Assembly (NCBI RefSeq): GCF_002105155.1
Contig: NW_019029002.1
Coordinates: forward strand, 372,001-436,000
Length of the DNA stretch: 64,000 nt
Direction: 5' to 3'
From: Lobosporangium transversale
Taxonomy: Eukaryota
Shown here piece after piece: positions 26,734-39,979 of this stretch. The notes under the pieces were generated by a model that worked only from the letters and a program-made list of their open reading frames with translations, searched no databases and had not been told where the DNA came from. Each line of letters starts with the position of its first letter. The first letter of the stretch is position 1. The position numbers and the translations under genes are program-made.

Positions 26734-29461
26734 AGAAAAAAAGAAAAGGTCAATATGTTTGTTATAAGCAATAATAGCCTTTCTTGGACAGACTTAGAAA
26801 TTGACTTACTGGTTCTTCAGAGCTGAATCTGCGCCTAGGGGGCGCTTCATCCGGCATGAGAGCAGTGAGTTGGTCCGCTGTCAGGAGATCAGCATCTTGA
26901 AGAGACATACTTCTCTGCCGCCTGTAGTTAACGATTGGTGCATAGTCAGCAGCTTGATCCTCAGGCGCCAAACAAGGGACGTTAGAGTTGCTTGTTTTGG
27001 GCTCTGAGTCCGTCTTCGGAGTGGTGATGTTATTACTGACCCCTGGATGACTATTAATGGTTGTCGAAGGCATACTGAAGGCAGTAGGCTTGCTAGACAT
27101 CGATATAGTGGCCAGGTTCAGCGCAGACATAGTCGTGCTTGATACTAGTGCATACCCATGGCTGGTAGGCGGCCGGCTTTGTAAGTAAAAAGGAGACGAT
27201 TTTGCTGATGGATTGGATGATGATGCCGATCCGATTGTTGGGATTTTTGATTTTATTGTAGAAGTCGGTGACGGCACTACAGGCCTTGGATTGGGCAACG
27301 ACTGGTACCTACAATCGCTTTTTACAGTAGTGATTGTTGTTGATGGAAGTGGTTTTGTGATAAATGGATTTGAATGAGATAATGATGACATCTCAGGTGA
27401 GATACACAGGGCTGGGTTCTTTGATGTGGTATGGTTTTTAAGTATTTGCAGAGATATTGGTACGATATTTGGTTCAGATGACTGTCGAAGATTGGGTGGA
27501 GTGTGTCTACTTGCAGATGCATTGGATCTAAGCACAGATGCGGGTGGCGGATGGTGCGTCGGATAAGCTATCTCTGCTTGATTGTTGTGATATGATCCTG
27601 AAATTCTCTTCCCATACCATCGATTATTGTCTTGCGAAGGTAGTGAATACGAAGGCATTGTTGAAGATATCCCAGTAGCCGCTTCAGGGCTCGAAAGCGT
27701 GCCATTTCTTACTAGAGTTGCATCTCCATCCACATTGCTCTTCAGCTGATTCACTGCTGTATCCACACTCATGTTCTCCTTGATCGTGCTCTCCACCCCA
27801 AGGTCCCCAAACGACATGTTCCTCAACTCGCTTCCGAATAAATATTCACCTACGTGCCTATCTTCATCGCTTTGCTCTTTTTCCTTCTCCGAACAATTAC
27901 TGTTGTTTTTCATTCCCAGACTCTCCTCTACCCTTGTTTCATCTATTTGCATTGCTATTATTGTAGAATACATATCTTGTTCATTGCGAATAGGATCCAA
28001 TGGCTCGCCTAAAGTCGTTGATAAAGGTTGCTGTTGTCCCCAAGGCACTGGATTTGTAACTAAGTTGGACAAAGATGACTTGAATTCTTCGCCTTCTTTG
28101 AAGAGAGCCTCGGAAGGAATATGACTTGCGCTCATACTCCTTTTCGAGATTCGCTTCGATGAGGCTGAACCAAGGCTAAGTTCTAAGCTTATTCCTGCTC
28201 CGCTCCCAAAATCAAATTCAGAAACATGAGCTTGCTGTATGTTCCAGACGCCAACCTGTTTCTTACTATCTTCCGGTTCTTGAACACGTTGGCTCCCATT
28301 GATTCTTGAAAGACCGTCTGGCCCAGACATGTGTTTTTGTAAATCCTGATAATGGTTGAGATTAGGCGCCAAACTAGGGCTCTTGTTAGACCTTAATTTT
28401 TCTTGTTGATCGGTATACTTATGGTTAGGCTTCACTGTGGTCGAAGAATTCGTGTTGTTCGAGTTCGTATCGATGTCGGCCAAAGAGGTAGGACTATGAT
28501 GAGGGCGATATGCTTGCTCCAAAAATCCAGGTAGTGAGTGCCTAGATTTTTTACCATTGCTGCTATTACTACTGGCATCACCGCTAACATCCAAGCCGCG
28601 TTGGTGACTGCTGCTGATACTGCTGTAATTGCTACTCCCAGGCGTTGTCTTTGAAAGTGTAGCCATGGCAGTCGTATGGACAGATGCAAATGTCGAATCA
28701 GATGCAGAACCATGGATTATTGGCGTCGCCATATTTTTGGTAGAGGATTCAGCTCGTGGGGCGAGTACAAGCGCAGGTAGAGATCCGCGCCTAACATTGC
28801 TCGGAATTGGTTCTGGATGCCGCAAATTTGGCCCTGCATGTGCCTTATTTCTGTGGATACTGCTTATAGAGAGTGATGGGAATTTGAACCGTCCTAACAG
28901 CCCAAGTCGGGAAGAAGCGAGAGGCTTCGGGCTTCTGGTGGTGGCACTCACATAGGCTGGATCCATGAGAACTACAGCAGGCACAGTAATGTGGGTGTCA
29001 GAGTTATGGAGATGTTCCTGATAATTATTGGCGCTACTATTGTCGATGTCGCGAAACACCGGTGCTGCTGTGGATAAACTATTACCAGTACTTTCCCTTA
29101 ACGAGGCATCATACAGTTGTTGGCCGACCCCCTCCGTTAGCGCTAATGTTGGTCCTTCAACTGCTGTCACTGTTATATGCTTGTCTCGAGTCTGATGCGG
29201 GTCTAAATAACTGAATAAGTCAGAATTATACCTATTACCAGAGTTGGAAAGACCATGACTATGAGCTCCTCTGGACGACTCATTGAGATCAGTGGCAGTA
29301 CTCGAAGGTGGCGGTGACGATACTACAAGTGCGGTTATTGGAAGCGATCCCCGCCTATTCTTGAAGAAAGCTGGAGAGCTGAACAAGGACGAACATCCAT
29401 TGCCACTATTCCTTCTTGTGTGCCCAAACCCGCACCGCCCAAAGAAGGAAGACTTTTGCAC
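19274..29461 (-). CDS. Very large Rap/Ran-GAP domain protein (tuberin/Rap1GAP-like GAP domain within long Ser/Thr/Pro-rich disordered regions), multi-exon; 5' end uncertain
   Basis: FHYKFGVLLVRPGQTKEEEWFSN...KVLLKGFEGFSAGLDT and FEVMYHISTLLPF...QQIQRKRHIGNDIVCIIF (Asn-thumb motif KRHIGND), plus INGENAAYKAP. A chain of long minus-strand ORFs is separated by GT-AG introns. Confidence 0.8.
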
Positions 29462-30059
29462 TTTTGGATCGTTCCCTTCGCTCCAATTGGCCTTGCTGAT
29501 CCTCTTTTCATTTCCAGTATCAGGTTTCGGATCGCTACGGAGACTGGTATCGCTGTCGCCTGCAGAAATAGCTACTGATGAAAATGCCGTCGAGATCGAA
29601 ATAGGGGTGAGATATCATTGCTGATCAAAAGCAACATCTTTTAGGGACTTTGGCGCCTTTGCTGATATGCCGGTATTCTTTCCCATATTAAACCCCCATT
29701 TTACTTTCTTTGGTCAACGTGAAGGAAGAAGAGGATGTCGTAGGGATTATTGACACATCTGTACCATTAGTCTCGGTGATGGTTATACGCGGTCGCTAGA
29801 AGCGCCTCGTAATCCTGCCTGCCCTCCTCATCTGTTTTTTTTTCCTCGTTCTCTTTATCAGGAGCGAGTGCTCGCTTTCGGTAGCGTTGCTGTTGCTACT
29901 GTAGCCCTCCTGAGCTCGGTTGGGCGTTGAAATTAGGTTCTTTGCTGAAAAGGCTATCCATGAGCTCCTGCCTCGCACTTGAATACATCACTGGGGGATG
30001 ATAGAGCGATGATTCAAAGAAAAGGGCCTTTAGCCTACGCAAGGTCGATGGTGATTATA

Positions 30060-31256
30060 TTATTGATAGTGACGACCACTGATGTACTGGACGCTTAAAT
30101 CCTGGTGACGATATCTGTAACACTGATCATAGCGAGAGTGCTTCGCTTTATACTCAGAGCGACTTTTCCCAGATTTATTCCCGCTTTTACACTTCCCCAA
30201 ATTTCTATCCTTGTAGTAATAATCACAGAACTTACGGTGTGGTTGCAGGTCTTGCGGTTGCCTCTCATTTGAACAACTACCAAGATACGCGTTCGGCTGC
30301 CTCGAAGTCTCCATAGCCTTGTAATGAGTAGTAGCATGCGCTTGACTAGAAGTCGATATCATTGAAGGAAGCACATCATGAGATGTAGTAACAGAAACCA
30401 AAGGCATAGCTGTTATGTCTGTAGGCGTGATATTTGCCATTGGTGGCGGTACTAGGCATGCCTCCTTTGTACCGTTGTTCTGTTTGTTCATCCTCTGTTT
30501 ACTGTTTTTGGGGCTGAGTGATCCTAGGAAACCACAGGCTTTATTCCCAGAGTGATGGTCTGATTTGTGGAGTGAAGCATCTGTGGAATTATAGACAACT
30601 GTTGCGGCAGTGGTGGCGAAACGCGATTGCTTATTAAGAACTAGGCCACTGGTGCTGTTGTTAGCACTATGAATCCCATCGTTGGTGTCATGGGCATCTT
30701 TACTGTTAGAATTATGATTAGTATTATTGGACATTTTAGTATAAATAAGTGTAGGAGTGGAGGCGGGTGGTTGATTATATGTACAAGGCTCTATGATTAC
30801 AAAACTATCCGTAGTAGGAGACGAAGGTAGATAAGGTGTAACGGTGTCTATGTATGTATCCGTCATAGTAAAAGGAGACAGCGGTGATGACTGAGAAGAA
30901 GCAACGGAAATGGAGAGAACGGGGAGAGATATTGAGGTCGGAGAAGATGATGTAGACAATAAGGGCAAGGACGCTATTGCAGTTCTAGCTGTAGCTGTAG
31001 CTTTAGTTACTACTGTTGTTATAATTTTGGAGTCTTTTGTTGGATGTTCAAGCTGATGCTGTCGATGCTCCTGCTCCTGTTTTTGCCCTTGATTTTGCTC
31101 TTGCTTTTGCTCTTGCTCTTGCTTTTGCTCTTGTTCTTGCTCCTGCTCCTGCTGTACAGTTGAAAATAGGTTCATGATGTCTTTGGGCATTGCGTGGGAT
31201 GCTGGATCTGGGTCATTGGACGAAGGAGTAGAGTCTGGGACTGAAGAGACAATCAT
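30060..31256 (-). CDS. 398-aa low-complexity ORF, possibly the first coding exon of the RapGAP gene or a separate disordered protein
   Basis: Long ATG-started ORF with the same S/T/P/N-rich composition and strand as the downstream RapGAP exons. No recognisable domain. Confidence 0.5.
   Translation of the reverse strand: MIVSSVPDSTPSSNDPDPASHAMPKDIMNLFSTVQQEQEQEQEQKQEQEQKQEQNQGQKQEQEHRQHQLEHPTKDSKIITTVVTKATATARTAIASLPLLSTSSSPTSISLPVLSISVASSQSSPLSPFTMTDTYIDTVTPYLPSSPTTDSFVIIEPCTYNQPPASTPTLIYTKMSNNTNHNSNSKDAHDTNDGIHSANNSTSGLVLNKQSRFATTAATVVYNSTDASLHKSDHHSGNKACGFLGSLSPKNSKQRMNKQNNGTKEACLVPPPMANITPTDITAMPLVSVTTSHDVLPSMISTSSQAHATTHYKAMETSRQPNAYLGSCSNERQPQDLQPHRKFCDYYYKDRNLGKCKSGNKSGKSRSEYKAKHSRYDQCYRYRHQDLSVQYISGRHYQ
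31068..31153 (-). repeat. Coding hexamer repeat (CARGAG/CARAAG) giving QEQEQEQKQEQEQKQEQNQGQKQEQE
   Basis: Direct reading of sequence and translation. Confidence 0.85.
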
Positions 31257-31446
31257 GCAGAGGAGCCACTGGATAGGATTCTTCCCCTTTTAAAAATTAT
31301 CCAAAAGAACTATAAAAATGAAGAATACACCACACAAAGGAAAAGATACCACAATGTGATCTTTGATTAGAGGTCAACAGAGATAGACACTGGGTTAAAT
31401 GTCTCTCGCTTCAATGAAGTGATTGATTAAAAAAGAAAGGACGATC

Positions 31447-31478
<32 letters not shown>

Positions 31479-34400
31479 GCAGGAGATATTGATTAGAAAT
31501 GAAGGGAAGAGGCAAGATCACTGAGAACAGAGGTGCCTCGGGAAAGGGCTCTTAATGCAATACAGCATCGTGTGGTTAGTCTGTCGCATGTGGAAAGAAG
31601 CTCCCGCCAGAACGGGAATACTATCCCCATAAATTACAACAACAACACCAACGTTCAAGACTTGTCTTCTCTTCTTCACCCATCTCTTTCCTTCTTCCTT
31701 TTCTCGCGTTTTGGTGATTTAGGAACACGAAGAGACACGTGTTTTACTACTCGCACAAAGAGAGACGCGTTGGTCTTTATAAAGATTCATGAATGCATTT
31801 GACATGTAATGCATGCTTTTGATCTCTCTTGAATCCCAATTATGCTCAAGCGACTCTCTATTGTTTCAATGCCACTTACGCCCGTCAGTACCATTATCCA
31901 TATTGTTCTCAATTCGTCACTTCACCCAAGGCTTTTTTTTAACCCCCTCATCCTTTTTTTTTTTTTTTTTTTTTTTTTTGGTGTGTCCTTGGAAAGGGGA
32001 AAGCCTCATGCTGCTATAACTCACAGGAGGCAAGGAGAAGGGGAGAAGAGGGCTCAATCTCAATCTCTGTCAATTGCATACATTGCCCGTTAATCCTTTT
32101 TAGTTGCTATTATTGTTGTAGTTTGCTGCTTTGATATGGCCAGGTGAATAATTGGAAATGTTGAAGCCTATCGCCTACAGGTGACGTTTATAATCAAAGG
32201 GGCTTTCATCATCTGTTGATCACCCTATCCAAGGAGACTTACAGAAGAAGTTTGATGATACTTGTTGAGCCTGTTGGGGAGTAGGGGGGCATAATAAAGC
32301 TTGTGGAGATGTAACGTAACAGAAAAGATGCTGTTGTGGAGAGAGTAATAAATAAAAAGAAGAAAAAATGCATCGTGCAAAAAAAATAAAAAATAAAATA
32401 AACCTAAATACGCCAATATAAAAAGCTCTAACAACAACCAATGTTTTCACTCCAAAATATGCAAGATATTGTTGTGCGTCTTCAGACCCAAGTTACAAGA
32501 GGTGGAGGGGTAGAATGACATTTTGCTGTCAATGGACGATGGTCAAAGTCTTACCGAATACAGTGTGGATAGCTCAAACAAAAAGGCCAGAATGCAATGA
32601 ATGCGAGAATGCTTTGTTATTTGAAGAGTATACACAGGGTCAATGGTTCTAAGAAAAAAAGGATAAAAGAGAGAGAGAATGAGGATATGAAGGATGAACA
32701 GAGAGTGTACGTAAGTGCTTGCGAGGGCGAACTGTATAGAAAAAAGATCATAACAATGGATCCACTCTGCTGGAACTCCCGATCCAGAAATTCAGTATGG
32801 TGAAGAAGCTGCGTATAAATATACATATATCCCATAAAAGTCGAACAGACAGGAAAACATTGAATGAAGTTGTTGAAAAGCGATGGTATAGAACCAAGTC
32901 CTGAGGACAGAAGACCTCTATGTGCGTGGAAGGGACTGTATGATTGCCAAAAGGATCAACACTCTGATGAATAAAGAAGGAAATCTCACCGAAGCACATA
33001 CAACAGAGAGATTATGGAAATGGACGATAGACAAAGGAACAAGTCATTGGAATGGCCTTTTATGAAGATAAAAAAAAAATAGAAAGAATATAAAAATAAA
33101 TAATAAAAGAGTAAACGAAATGAAGAGTAATTCTGTCTGTACAACGGACCGGGCGATATGGGAAATGAATCCTAATGCGGGTGAGGGGCGCACTTTAAGC
33201 AAATCGGCCAACAAATGAACTAAAAGTCAATTGTATCTGTGCATGTTGAACCTTGCAATGATTTGGAAGTAAAAATGGAAGGAGTGTGCGAGCGTGCAAA
33301 AAACCCGAGTACCATTCAAGAATGAAACAAAAAAAAAAAAAAAAAAAAAAAAAAAGGGTGACGACTACCATTGATTACCAAAGACATTGAAAACGCAGCA
33401 ATGTCTGGAGTGCAAAACTTGGTCAACACAAAAAAAAAGACCACCATCAATGTTGATCTGAGAAGGCTAGAGTATATTAAAGTGGAATCGCTTACTCACT
33501 CCATCCACTCATCAAAAACCGGTGGACCTGTGTGAAGATGGATGGATCGGGCTCTGAACAGGGACTAATCAAACATGGACTGTGCAATGTTGTGGTTGCG
33601 TTTTGTCAATAAATAAAAGAATGATAAGAAAAGCAGAACGTCTATCGGGCGTCTTTTTTTTTTTTTTTGGTTTTTAGTTTTTGCTCTGTTCTGCTCTGCT
33701 TTGCTTTGCCTTCCTTTCTCGAGGAAGTTTTTTGTAATAAGAGCAGGGTAGGACCGTCAGAGTGAATTAGGGTGAAATTGAAGAGTTGATTACTTATGAA
33801 ATGAACACAAGCGTAGTTGAATCAGACGGTGGAAGAGAAGGCAAGGGGATGAAGAAACAGTAGAGAAGGAGAGGAGGATGAGATGAAAAAAGGGAAAGAG
33901 AAAAGGGAAAAGGAAGCACGGAGGAGGAGAAAGAGCGAGAGATATGCAAAACAAGGCATGTTAGCTGATGCATTTTCTCGATACAGGATGCAGCCAAGGG
34001 CTGTGAAGATCTCAAAGGATATGAGGGTTTTCCTTAAATGAACTCCACCAAAGAGGGGTTACAAAGGGAAAGAAGGGGAAAGAATCAGGGTATTGAAGGT
34101 ACAGGACATGGGCATCAAAAAATCATCTAAAGACGAAGCAATTTCATCCGATTGTCCCATCTTTTTCTCTATTTTTTATTTATTTATTTATCTGAATTAT
34201 GTTGAAAAAGAACACTTAATACTTCGATCCTGTTCCGCGCACAGATCATGTACCTGCCGTGCCTGTCAAGACGAAGTAAATGGAACCGCATCTGAGCCTC
34301 ACTGCAAATGGGTCGCATGATGAGAGAAGATGTAGACATTAACTAAACAACTGAAAAGTCAGTATGATCAATAACCTGTTGACTGACTCCTATCTGCCTA

Positions 34401-35164
34401 TCAGTCTTCAGTTTGTTCATCTTGTCGTCGTTACCTCGTGGGCCAGGATGTTCCTGAAGTCCTGAAGTCCTGAATTCTTTAGACATAAACAAAAATATAT
34501 CACGTTCCCTTTGAAGGAAAGATGCAGGGGGGAGGGCCATTGCGTTGACCAACAGCATGACGAGACCAAGCCATAAAGATCATTAGGGAGATATCCGTCT
34601 GATCTGTTGTAAAGAATGATCTCCGTCAGGCCCTTATTACCGTTAAAGAAACAGCGATTTATGTCTTACCTTACCAGTACGCGAGAGCATTCGTCTCAGA
34701 CTCAGATCTCAACAGCTAAATGTCTGTTGGGGTAGCATTTACACCCAGTGTAAGTTTTACACACTGCACACTGACAAGATCGTTCCTCCCTTTTTAACAT
34801 TTGTTTGTTTCTCCCGAGAGTCAAGATCTTCATTTACGAAAGAATAGGGTCAAACAAACAAAATCTCTTCACTCTGTCTGTTGATATATATTTACATTAC
34901 TCCTATTTAAGTCTTCGCGTGCTCCCTGAACGATGTGCTCCCTTTCCTGACTAAACTCATGCAATATATATATAATTATATATCACTTTTTTTTTTTCTT
35001 TTTTTTTTTTTCTTTGGATGTACAACCACGTCAGGGGAGGTGATCGAAATGAAACCCATGAACTCTATGCCACTTTACCACATTCCATTGATAAGCAAAC
35101 TACATAAGAATTTTGTTGTTGATTGAATTGATGGAGTGGCTGATTTATTTGTTTTTGGTAACTC

Positions 35165-36286
35165 TCACACACTCTGTTTGAATTCTTCTTTGACACGTTG
35201 CAAAAATTTAGGATCAATAATACACTCGATGCCTGTCATGGCTAAAGCCTTGGATGCTCTCAGCGTTGCAACATGTGCTGTAGGTAATGCTGCTGCTGCC
35301 TCAAACTCTTTAGTATGTAGCCCCACGCGCATATCATCAACACCCTTGAGGTTCAGAATGTTGAACATGGGATGGATGCCCGGCATTGCGTAGGTTAGGT
35401 TACCCATATCGGTTGAGCCCGAGAGCTTGGACCGCTGCTCCTCTTTCGGGGCATACTTGACACCGAAGCTGTTCATTACCTGCTCGAACTTGCCGCTCAA
35501 TTGCCCATTTGTTAAAATATCTATTATTATGTTAATTTGTTATATTCAGAAAACTAAATTCCCATCCCTTTAACTTTCATTAAAACCTTACAACCCACAC
35601 TGCTATAGAATACCTTTAATAAGATGTCTCCAAGTGATTTTCAATTTACACCCTGTAGAATCAGCGGCGGCTTTAAAGACTTTTTCAAACTTGATCATCA
35701 ATTCCTCAACCTGTGATGTCTTGGGTGCTCGTGCAATATAAATACTCCTGGTATACTCCGGGATAATGTTGGCTGCTTGGCCACCGTTCTCAATGATGCC
35801 ATGGACACGGCAATCCGGCCGTATCTGTTGACGCATGAGGCCAATATTGGTATACACCTCCATGGCTGCATCCAAAGCATTGATACCTTCCCATGGCGTC
35901 GTCGATGCATGCGAGGCCTTGCCAAAGTACTCCACTATCGCGACATTTAGTGACAAGAACGGAGTATAGATTATATCCGAAGGAGCGCCGTGCAACATCA
36001 TACAGACATCTACACCCTCGAAATCGCCTGCATCCAGCATAGTAATCTTGCCTGCATCGTGTTCCTCAGAGGGTGTGCCAAATAATTTGATCTGGGCTGG
36101 TAGATTGAATTTCTCGATTACAGCCTTGATTGCCAAAGCTGTAGCAATACCAGAGATGGCAATCAAGTTGTGCCCACAAGCATGACCGATCCCCGGAAGC
36201 GCATCATACTACAAGACAACAAAATGGTGACCAGAGATAGAAGATACACATCAATTATCTTGCTTTTGCTTTGCCCACGAGATATT

Positions 36287-36321
<35 letters not shown>

Positions 36322-36675
36322 CTCTGAGCAAATACCGATTGTTACTCCGCCTGACTTGTCTCCAGCACGAGCTATAAAAGCAGTCTGAAGACCGGATTTT
36401 CCCTGCTCGACAGTAAACCCTTTGCTAGCCAAGTACTCTGTCAACCAAGCATGCGATTTGAACTCTTTAAGACCAGTTTCAGGGTTGTCATGAATCTTTA
36501 AAGACACAATAAAGTTTATAGTCAGTTTACAATAAACAACTGATTGTTATCACTAAGAACTACTCAAGAAGTAAATAACCTTTAAGCTGAGTGTGCGAAG
36601 ATCATCAGAGGCATCCTCAATGGTATCATATACACACTTGTAATACTTGTTTGACCGCCACATATCTGCTGTCAT
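35165..36675 (-). CDS. M20 family amidohydrolase (PM20D2 / Acy1L2-like), multi-exon
   Basis: IHDNPETGLKEF, SEYDALPGIGHACGHNLIA, FGTPSEEHDAGK, GKASHASTTPWEGINALDA and GSTDMGNLTYAMPGIHP. ATG at 36675 (MTADMWRS...). Confidence 0.9.
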
Positions 36676-37308
36676 GTTATGTGATTTGAACTTTTTTTTT
36701 TTCGTTTATAAAAATCTGTGTGGCTCACTTCAAATTAGATAAAAGTTGTACGTCGTGCCTGTATCTTTTTACTATGATAAAATACATGTAAATGTGTTTT
36801 AAACAATCTGTAATGAAGAATGCATGAGAAAAAAAAAAAAAAAAAAAAAAAAAACTGTATTAGGATGAGAATGAAGAGGTACAGCACGATAGCGATTATT
36901 TTTCTTTCGTGTTCCCACGGCTCATGTAATAAAATGAATTTGTGCAATTACAAGTCATGCAGCAATGGATCGTACATATTTCACCAGCAGTCGGTGGCCA
37001 TATTTTTCTGTTCTTTCATTTGCTTTTTCGCCCGCCCTATCCATTCCCCTACATCACAGCCTTGGGTTGAGTAGACGCAACACTGGCGGAAGAGATTGAA
37101 AACAGACAATCAAAGAGACAGCGTCCAATAGAAATACCGAGAGAGTACACAAAAGCACTCATGAAGTACCGCTTATTAGGGTTCGAAAGTGAACAGTGCA
37201 AGCTTCATAATCATAATGTTTATAAATGCTTATTTATTACTTTGACATGAACAACTTTTTTATACAATACAAGGCTTAATTTCGTGCCTAGCTTTTCTAT
37301 TCTTTGTT

Positions 37309-39092
<1,784 letters not shown>

Positions 39093-39475
39093 TTTGAATG
39101 ACTTTGCGAGTTGGAAAAGGCGGCGCGTTGGAGACGTCAGGGTTGCAGTATGTAGTAATGATCCGATGTCGACTCGATGAGAAAGCTACACCAGGCGACG
39201 GGAATCCGATCAAAGAAGAAAAAGAAAAAAGATCTGATGAAGAATTAAGGAAGGAATAATGAATAATCACAAAGAGAGGGGAGGTTTTTTATTTCTTTTT
39301 TTCAGCCGTTATAAATATTAAATCTTCGCATGGCGAAAAAAAATGATTTGTCAGTCACCCCTGTGCTCTTGATGAACAAGCAACAGGCAAAAAAAGTCGA
39401 TCATATCATTGGCACTTGCACTGGCGTCAGCGCTCACAGACAATACGCATTGGTCATTCTAACAGTTGGGTACAG

Positions 39476-39740
39476 TATAGTCCTCCCTTGAGCCCAAATC
39501 AATTCAATCGAGTAAACAAAAAAGAATTTCCATTTATAATTCATGAGGACGTGAAAAAAATATTGCCCTGGATGAAAGGAATTGGAGGTATTTAAGGGGA
39601 GCATATCAATGAACGAATTCATCTTTTTTCATTAAATATAAGACATTTTCTTTTTTGTTTACTCGATTGAATTGATTTGGGCTCAAGAAAGTCCCTTGAC
39701 ATAAGGGGCTGAGAGTCCCTTTTGTCAAGGGAGGACTGTA
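39476..39740. mobile_element. Tc1/mariner-pogo-type MITE (~261 bp) with TA target-site duplication
   Basis: Termini are TA-tAGTCCTCCCTTGA and TCAAGGGAGGACTG-TA. There is a perfect 40-bp subterminal inverted repeat (39487-39526 vs 39648-39687). No coding capacity. Confidence 0.8.
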
Positions 39741-39979
39741 CAAAAATCAGGAATATCTGGTATACATATATTATTTGTTCACTCCTTTCAACCAACCGTC
39801 CTTTCCCTGGATAAATTGGAACACTGATCCTGATTAATTGCGCAGCTTTTGATACCATATCAATTGATCACGTGAGACGCCACTAAAAAATAATCCCTAG
39901 TTCTACGAACGAGTGCATAACTCTCGGCCCTATTACGTCACTGAAAACAGCCACGCAAATGGTCCTCAACGCCTGCACC

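Noticed and set aside
31257..35164. Hidden genes or RNA genes in the 3.9-kb gap
   Set aside because: Only short low-complexity ORFs and purine/pyrimidine tracts are present. No tRNA cloverleaf or TIR was found, and it is more likely promoter or 5' UTR introns.
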